Shown here: positions 53,963-64,000 of the stretch, piece by piece | Layout: the number at the start of each line of letters is the position of its first letter | How positions within the stretch are numbered: position 1 is the stretch's first letter | NCBI RefSeq assembly: GCF_009931435.1 | Contig: NZ_CP043414.1 | Direction: 5' to 3' (one strand) | From: Escherichia coli | Lineage (GTDB): Bacteria; Pseudomonadota; Gammaproteobacteria; Enterobacterales; Enterobacteriaceae | Length of the DNA: 64,000 nucleotides | Program-made: the position numbers and the translations under genes | The notes under the pieces: generated by a model | What the model saw: the letters and a program-made list of their open reading frames with translations, nothing else | Database searches by the model: none | What the model was told of the DNA's origin: nothing

Positions 53963-54589
53963 TTATTTTTTCTCGGACAGATATTTCACAGTATCAGCAT
54001 ACTGCTGAACAAAAACATCCATATTGCTGGTATCCATACCCTGCGGATTCAGCTGATATTTACCGTTAACAAACATCGCCGGAACGCCACGCAATTGCAC
54101 GTCGGCTGCGGCTTTTTCCTGCTGAGCCACCAGAGATTTCACCACGAAGCTGTTCCAGGCCGCGTCGTACTCTTCACCTTTAATACCTGCGTTGATAAAT
54201 ACATCGCGGATATCAGATGCAGAACGAATGGTCTGGGTTTTCTGTACGCCTTCAAACAGCGGAACAGTCACTTTGTCTTCCACGCCCAGCGCCATCGCCA
54301 CTGCCCATGCCTGAGTCAGTTCTTTGCCCAGATCCCCACCCATGAAGTTGACGTGGTATTTAGTCATTTTCACGCCTTCCGGCAGTTTTTTCTTCACGTT
54401 CTCAGAAATATGCAGAACTTCTTCAAACTGATAGCAGTGCGGGCAGAAGAAAGAGAAAAACTCCAGCACTTGCGGCGCGCCAGCAACCGGTTTTTCCAGG
54501 GTGGTGTACTGTTTACCATCTTCATACTGCGCCGCCGATGCGCTAAACGCTAAAACTAAACCAGCCAGCGCCAGCCAAATCTTTTTCAT
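53963..54589 (-). CDS. dsbA: Periplasmic thiol:disulfide oxidoreductase DsbA
   Basis: 208 aa ORF with signal peptide and active-site CPHC ([12 protein letters not shown]). Confidence 0.95.
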   Translation of the reverse strand: MKKIWLALAGLVLAFSASAAQYEDGKQYTTLEKPVAGAPQVLEFFSFFCPHCYQFEEVLHISENVKKKLPEGVKMTKYHVNFMGGDLGKELTQAWAVAMALGVEDKVTVPLFEGVQKTQTIRSASDIRDVFINAGIKGEEYDAAWNSFVVKSLVAQQEKAAADVQLRGVPAMFVNGKYQLNPQGMDTSNMDVFVQQYADTVKYLSEKK

Positions 54590-54605
54590 GATCTACTCTC
54601 TCCGA

Positions 54606-55592
54606 TTAATACATAGGTGTTAATTGCAAAGGGGGTTCTTGTAGAACTTTTGCCTGTTCTATAAAAGTCGCCGTCTGTCGCAGCCAGTAATCTTCCCCGG
54701 TTAACCACGGGAAATTTTTCGGGAACGCGGGATCAGCCCAACGCCGCATTAGCCAGGCAAGATAATAAACCAAACGCATGGCGCGTAAAGGTTCAATCAG
54801 TCCGATTTCAGCGATATCGAACTCGCTAAATTCTTCATAAGCCTCAATAATAGTTTCCAGTTGCATCCGCTGCTCAGCTTTATCGCCATTGAGCAACATC
54901 CACAAATCCTGAATAGCCGGACCATTACGTGCATCATCCAGATCAACAAACATTGGACCATCGCGCCAGAGGATATTCCCGGCGTGGCAGTCTCCATGTA
55001 GCCGCAGAACGGTGAAATCTTCCCGCCAGTGTGCTGTAACGGCGGCGATCAGCTCATCTGTCGCTTTCAGGAATGCCGCTTTCAACCCGGAAGGTATCAG
55101 TGTGGCGTCCTCAAACAGCTTGCGTGGCTCAATGAGATATTCATTCAGACCGATGGTCGGGCGATGGATAAAAAGCTGTTTGCGCCCCGTCTGGTGCATA
55201 CGCCCTAAATAACGCCCAACAGCTTCCATCTGATCGATATTATCAGCTTCGAACTGGCGACCACCGACGCTTGGAAAAACAGCGAAATAAAATCCCTGAT
55301 GATTCAATAAAGTCTGACCGTTAAAGGCCACAGGCGCTGCGACCGGAACTTCATCGTTAACCAGCTGCAACGCAAATTGATGTTCTTCGAAGATTTGATC
55401 GGCTGTCCAACGTTCAGGGCGATAAAATTTGACGACAAAACGTCGACGATCTTCGTCCTGAAATTGATAGACACGGTTTTCATAGCTGTTAAGCGGGGTA
55501 AGACCGGAATCCACCCGGATCCCATGCTCAAACAGAGCGTCCATGATGGTATCCGGGTGTAGTGTCTGGAAAGTAAAAGCGCTGTTGTTCAT
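54606..55592 (-). CDS. srkA: Stress response Ser/Thr kinase SrkA (YihE/RdoA)
   Basis: 328 aa ORF MNNSAFTFQTLHPDTIMDALFEHGIRVDSG...; kinase-like HGDCHAGNILW; immediately upstream of dsbA. Confidence 0.9.
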   Translation of the reverse strand: MNNSAFTFQTLHPDTIMDALFEHGIRVDSGLTPLNSYENRVYQFQDEDRRRFVVKFYRPERWTADQIFEEHQFALQLVNDEVPVAAPVAFNGQTLLNHQGFYFAVFPSVGGRQFEADNIDQMEAVGRYLGRMHQTGRKQLFIHRPTIGLNEYLIEPRKLFEDATLIPSGLKAAFLKATDELIAAVTAHWREDFTVLRLHGDCHAGNILWRDGPMFVDLDDARNGPAIQDLWMLLNGDKAEQRMQLETIIEAYEEFSEFDIAEIGLIEPLRAMRLVYYLAWLMRRWADPAFPKNFPWLTGEDYWLRQTATFIEQAKVLQEPPLQLTPMY

Positions 55593-55668
55593 CCCATCAT
55601 CCGGAAAACATTACGAATGATGAAGGATATCATTTCACGATGATTTTGGTTGCGCCGCTTACAAGCTT

Positions 55669-55938
55669 TTACTCTTTAATTACGCCACGTGCGCGTAATA
55701 GCGCCGTTTTGAAATCTTCTTCATAATCTTTCTGCAAACCCGGGATCACCGCATCTTTCGCGGAATCACGCATTTTCAGGTGATAGATCAGAATGTCATC
55801 CGTCAAATCCGCCAGTTCGCCGTCAAAACCTGACTCTTTCGCCAGTTTCTGCAAAAATTGCAGCAGGTTAAGGTCTGGTTCTTTTTGCCAGGCTGGCTGG
55901 AGGAGTTCAATAACTTCATTCAGACGTTTACATTTCAT
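55669..55938 (-). CDS. yihD: Small protein YihD (DUF1040)
   Basis: 89 aa from [29 protein letters not shown]...; ORF track starts 10 codons earlier. Confidence 0.85.
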
Positions 55939-56007
55939 AGTGATGCTCCTTACTCTTGAGACAGACACGTTAGCAGGGTCAATCCCACAATAAAAGAGGC
56001 GATATCG

Positions 56008-56592
56008 GTGAATCTGATGACGACGATAACAGGCGTTGTGCTGGCGGGCGGTAAAGCCAGACGAATGGGCGGCGTAGATAAAGGATTGCTTGAATTAAAC
56101 GGCAAACCATTATGGCAACATGTCGCTGACGCGCTTATGACGCAGCTCTCTCACGTCGTGGTTAATGCTAATCGTCATCAGGAAATCTATCAGGCAAGCG
56201 GTCTGAAAGTGATTGAAGATACACTGGCGGATTACCCAGGCCCTCTGGCAGGAATGCTTTCAGTAATGCAGCAGGAAGCGGGGGAGTGGTTTTTGTTTTG
56301 CCCATGCGATACGCCTTACATTCCCCCTGATTTAGCTGCCCGGCTTAATCATCAGCGCAAAGATGCGCCTGTCGTGTGGGTCCACGACGGTGAACGCGAT
56401 CACCCGACTATTGCTCTGGTAAACCGCGCAATTGAGCCTTTATTACTGGAATATCTGCAAGCAGGAGAACGCCGGGTAATGGCATTTATGCGTCTGGCTG
56501 GCGGTCATGCGGTTGATTTCAGCGATAATAAAAATGCATTTATTAACGTGAATACGCCAGAGGAGCTTGCCCGATGGCAGGAAAAACGATGA
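56008..56592 (+). CDS. mobA: Molybdenum cofactor guanylyltransferase
   Basis: 194 aa [42 protein letters not shown]... recognised as MobA. Confidence 0.95.
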
Positions 56593-57092
56593 TACCGTTA
56601 CTCGCCTTTGCCGCGTGGAGTGGCACTGGAAAAACTACGCTGCTGAAAAAACTGATCCCGGCATTATGCGCCAGAGGGATCCGTCCAGGGCTGATTAAGC
56701 ATACGCACCATGATATGGATGTTGATAAACCGGGCAAAGATAGCTATGAGCTGCGCAAGGCTGGCGCGGCACAAACCATCGTTGCCAGCCAGCAGCGATG
56801 GGCCTTGATGACGGAAACACCAGACGAAGAAGAGCTGGATCTACATTTTCTCGCAAGTCGAATGGATACCTCAAAGCTGGATTTGATTCTGGTCGAAGGG
56901 TTTAAGCATGAAGAGATCGCAAAGATTGTGCTGTTTCGCGATGGAGCCGGACATCGACCGGAAGAATTAGTGATAGACAGACATGTTATTGCTGTAGCCA
57001 GTGATGTGCCGCTTAATCTTGATGTCGCGTTACTGGATATTAATGATGTTGAGGGGCTGGCTGATTTTGTGGTGGAGTGGATGCAAAAGTAG
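56589..57092 (+). CDS. mobB: Molybdopterin-guanine dinucleotide biosynthesis adapter protein MobB
   Basis: P-loop GTGKTT; start taken at [19 protein letters not shown], overlapping the mobA stop (an alternative ATG lies at 56574). Confidence 0.9.
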   Translation: MIPLLAFAAWSGTGKTTLLKKLIPALCARGIRPGLIKHTHHDMDVDKPGKDSYELRKAGAAQTIVASQQRWALMTETPDEEELDLHFLASRMDTSKLDLILVEGFKHEEIAKIVLFRDGAGHRPEELVIDRHVIAVASDVPLNLDVALLDINDVEGLADFVVEWMQK

Positions 57093-57094
57093 GC

Positions 57095-57130
57095 TGGATA
57101 AGATGCGCCAGCGTCGCATCCGGCATGATT
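57095..57130. repeat. REP-like palindrome downstream of mobB
   Basis: GATAAGATGCGCCAGCGTCGCATCCGGC. Confidence 0.5.
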
Positions 57131-57142
57131 TTCTGCACCAAT

Positions 57143-57176
57143 GCAAAAAGGCCATCCGTCAGGATGGCCTTTCGCT
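57143..57176 (-). terminator. rrnA operon terminator hairpin downstream of 5S rRNA
   Basis: Minus-strand reads AAGCGAAAGGCCATCCTGACGGATGGCCTTTTTGCA: GC stem plus U-tract immediately 3' of rrfA. Confidence 0.6.
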
Positions 57177-57183
57177 TAATTTG

Positions 57184-57303
57184 ATGCCTGGCAGTTCCCT
57201 ACTCTCGCATGGGGAGACCCCACACTACCATCGGCGCTACGGCGTTTCACTTCTGAGTTCGGCATGGGGTCAGGTGGGACCACCGCGCTAAGGCCGCCAG
57301 GCA
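57184..57303 (-). rRNA. rrfA: 5S ribosomal RNA
   Basis: 120 nt matching E. coli 5S rRNA on the minus strand (TGCCTGGCGGCC...GGAACTGCCAGGCAT), with one apparent difference near the 5' end (CTTAGCG rather than the CGTAGCG I recall). Confidence 0.95.
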
Positions 57304-57396
57304 AATTCTGTTTCATCAGACCGCTTCTGCGTTCTGATTTAATCTGTATCAGGCTGAAAATCTTCTCTCAATCCGCCAAAACATCTTCGGCGTTGT

Positions 57397-60301
<2,905 letters not shown>

Positions 60302-60484
60302 TCACAACCCGAAGATGTTTCTTGCGATTCATCATCGTGTTGCGAAAATTTGAGAGACTCACGAACAACTTTCGTTGTTCAGTGTTTCAATTTTCAGCTT
60401 GATCCAGATTTTTAAAGAGCAAAACTTCGCAGTGAACCTTTGCAGGTACACTCTGAAGTATTTTTTATTTAATCACTACAGAGA

Positions 60485-60560
60485 TGGTGGAGCTATGCGG
60501 GATCGAACCGCAGACCTCCTGCGTGCAAAGCAGGCGCTCTCCCAGCTGAGCTATAGCCCC
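60485..60560 (-). tRNA. alaT: tRNA-Ala (UGC), 16S-23S spacer
   Basis: Reverse complement is GGGGCTATAGCTCAGCTGGGAGAGCGCCTGCTTTGCACGCAGGAGGTCTGCGGTTCGATCCCGCATAGCTCCACCA. Confidence 0.97.
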
Positions 60561-60602
60561 ATAACATGTAGTTAAAACCTCTTCAAATTTGCGGTGCAAA
60601 TT

Positions 60603-60679
<77 letters not shown>

Positions 60680-60747
60680 GTAGAGGTTTTACTGCTCATT
60701 TTCATCAGACAATCTGTGTGAGCACTGCAAAGTACGCTTCTTTAAGG

Positions 60748-62289
<1,542 letters not shown>

Positions 62290-62470
62290 AAAAGTTTGAT
62301 GCTCAAAGAATTAAACTTCGTAATGAATTACGTGTTCACTCTTGAGACTTGGTATTCATTTTTCGTCTTGCGACGTTAAGAATCCGTATCTTCGAGTGCC
62401 CACACAGATTGTCTGATAAATTGTTAAAGAGCAGTGCCGCTTCGCTTTTTCTCAGCGGCGCGGGGTGTGC

Positions 62471-62498
62471 ATAATACACTTTCCCGCTACAGAGTCAA
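62471..62498 (-). promoter_or_regulatory. rrnA P2 promoter
   Basis: On the minus strand: -35 TTGACT (62493-62498) and -10 TATTAT (62471-62476), followed by the GC-rich discriminator CACACCCCGC. Confidence 0.7.
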
Positions 62499-62588
62499 GC
62501 ATTTTTTTGCTTTTCTCTGTCGAGATTCTCAGGAGAACCTCGCTGACCCGGCGGCGTGTTTGCCGTTGTTCCGTGTCAGTGGTGGCGC

Positions 62589-62616
62589 ATTATAGGGAGT
62601 TATTCCGGCCTGACAA
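62589..62616 (-). promoter_or_regulatory. rrnA P1 promoter
   Basis: On the minus strand: -35 TTGTCA (62611-62616) and -10 TATAAT (62589-62594), then GCGCCACC discriminator; A/T-rich UP-element-like sequence upstream. Confidence 0.7.
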
Positions 62617-62665
62617 GAGGAAATTTAAAATAATTTTCCGACCGCGCATTTTTTACTCTTTATGC

Positions 62666-63211
62666 TTATTTCAGCGTCGGTTTGTCGGTTAAATGGGCGA
62701 TTTCTCGGGCGAAATTCGCCACCTGCTGCCAATCGGTATAGACAACTTCTTTGCGCGTATCCGTTTCACCGCCTGACATCTTCATAATCAGCTTGATCAT
62801 AAAGCGGTCGTACCAGCGGTAACGTGGATAACGTAGCGCCCCGGCAATGACGGCACAGCGATCGGGACGCCATTGTGAACTCATCAGAAACTTGCGCGCG
62901 TAGCTGTTGGTCTGTGGAGTACGCTTCTCCGGTTTACGCGCCACCAGGTTTACGGAGTAAAAGGCGCTCGGCATCGAATTCAGCCGCGTCGCATGCTTTT
63001 TGACAAATTCCTGGAACGCAGAGTGGTAGTGACCATAGCGAATAGAAGCACCAATGACCACACGGTCGTAGTTTTCCCACTGGGGTTCTTCAATGCGGTG
63101 CACATTGGCGACATCCGCCTGGATCCCCAGTTCTTTCAGTTCCGAAGCCAGGTAGGAGGCAATCTCGCGCGTTTGTCCGTCCCTTGTTGAGAAAAGAATT
63201 AATGTTTTCAC
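62666..63211 (-). CDS. hemG: Protoporphyrinogen IX dehydrogenase (menaquinone-dependent), flavodoxin-like
   Basis: 181 aa [41 protein letters not shown]... recognised as HemG. Confidence 0.95.
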   Translation of the reverse strand: MKTLILFSTRDGQTREIASYLASELKELGIQADVANVHRIEEPQWENYDRVVIGASIRYGHYHSAFQEFVKKHATRLNSMPSAFYSVNLVARKPEKRTPQTNSYARKFLMSSQWRPDRCAVIAGALRYPRYRWYDRFMIKLIMKMSGGETDTRKEVVYTDWQQVANFAREIAHLTDKPTLK

Positions 63212-63222
63212 GTATTACTCCA

Positions 63223-64000
63223 TCATTCACGCCAGAAAGTCGGGGTAAAGAGCACCAGCAATGTAAAGACCTCGAGACGACCAAACAGCATGTTGGCAAT
63301 CAGGATCCATTTAGCCACCGGGTTCATACTGGTAAAGTTATCAGCAACCACGCCAAGCCCTGGTCCCAGGTTATTCAATGTCGCAACAACCGAGGCAAAG
63401 GCAGAAAAGTCATCCACACCCGTGGCGATAATCGCCAGCATACTGACAATAAACACCAATGCATAGGCGGAGAAAAATCCCCAAACGGCTTCGAGGATAC
63501 GTTCCGGCAGTGCGCGATTCCCCAGCTTAATGCTATACACGGCGTTCGGGTGCACCAGTCGTTTCAGCTCACGGTTCCCCTGCTTAAACAGCAGCAGAAT
63601 GCGGATCACTTTCAGGCCACCGCCCGTAGACCCGGCGCAACCGCCAATAAATGCTGAACATAAAAGCAGTACCGGCAAAAAGAGCGGCCAGCGGGCAATG
63701 CTATCTGTCGTAAATCCGGCGGTCGTCGCCATCGACACCACCTGAAAAAACGCCTGGTTAATTGTCATCAGCGCCGAACTGTAGACATTATGAAACCACA
63801 GCACGAGGGTACAAATAACCACCAGCGTAAACTGTACGCCGATAAACATGCGAAATTCCGGATCGCGCCAATAAACCTTCAGACTACGCCCACTTAACAG
63901 CGAAAAGTGCAGACCGTAGTTACAGCCGGAGATCAGCAGGAAGATAGCAATGATGGTGTTAATAGTCGGGCTGTCGAAATAACCGATACTGGCATCATGT
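63223..64000 (-). CDS. trkH: Potassium uptake protein TrkH, 3' portion (N-terminal part outside window)
   Basis: Polytopic ORF in frame up to the window edge; C-terminal sequence ...GGCAGSTGGGLKVIRILLLFKQGNRELKRL...TFWRE recognised as TrkH. Confidence 0.9.
   Translation of the reverse strand, partial: HDASIGYFDSPTINTIIAIFLLISGCNYGLHFSLLSGRSLKVYWRDPEFRMFIGVQFTLVVICTLVLWFHNVYSSALMTINQAFFQVVSMATTAGFTTDSIARWPLFLPVLLLCSAFIGGCAGSTGGGLKVIRILLLFKQGNRELKRLVHPNAVYSIKLGNRALPERILEAVWGFFSAYALVFIVSMLAIIATGVDDFSAFASVVATLNNLGPGLGVVADNFTSMNPVAKWILIANMLFGRLEVFTLLVLFTPTFWRE

Overview
This window reads as Escherichia coli chromosome in the rha-frv-fdo-yih-gln-polA-rrnA region, in reverse orientation relative to the K-12 map as I recall it. 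All gene identities come from recognising the translated ORFs and RNA sequences by eye; no database search was run. Recognised content: rhaD (3' part), rhaM, frvABXR, yiiG, fdhD, fdoGHI (fdoG has an in-frame TGA selenocysteine codon), fdhE, yiiD, dtd, rbn, yihX, the sulfoquinovose cluster (csqR/yihW, yihV, yihU, yihT, yihS, yihR, yihQ, yihP, yihO), ompL, yihN, yihM, yihL, typA, glnALG, yshB, hemN, yihI, CsrC sRNA, engB, Spot 42 sRNA, polA, yihG, yihF, dsbA, srkA, yihD, mobAB, the rrnA operon (5S, 23S, tRNA-Ala, tRNA-Ile, 16S, all on the minus strand), hemG and the 3' part of trkH. Three genes are not in the K-12 layout as I remember it. The most interesting is an AT-rich ~2.7 kb insertion between the yiiE/yiiF locus and yiiD that encodes a ~604 aa protein with a C-terminal CKSAKDRT (CX5R) motif, the active-site signature of inositol polyphosphate 4-phosphatases and the SopB/IpgD type III effector family. 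The other two are a TauE/SafE-family transporter between yihR and yihQ, and an OprB-like porin between rhaM and frvA. No CRISPR array, integrase, transposase or prophage gene was seen. Start codons were chosen by Shine-Dalgarno position and remembered protein lengths, and are approximate for several genes.
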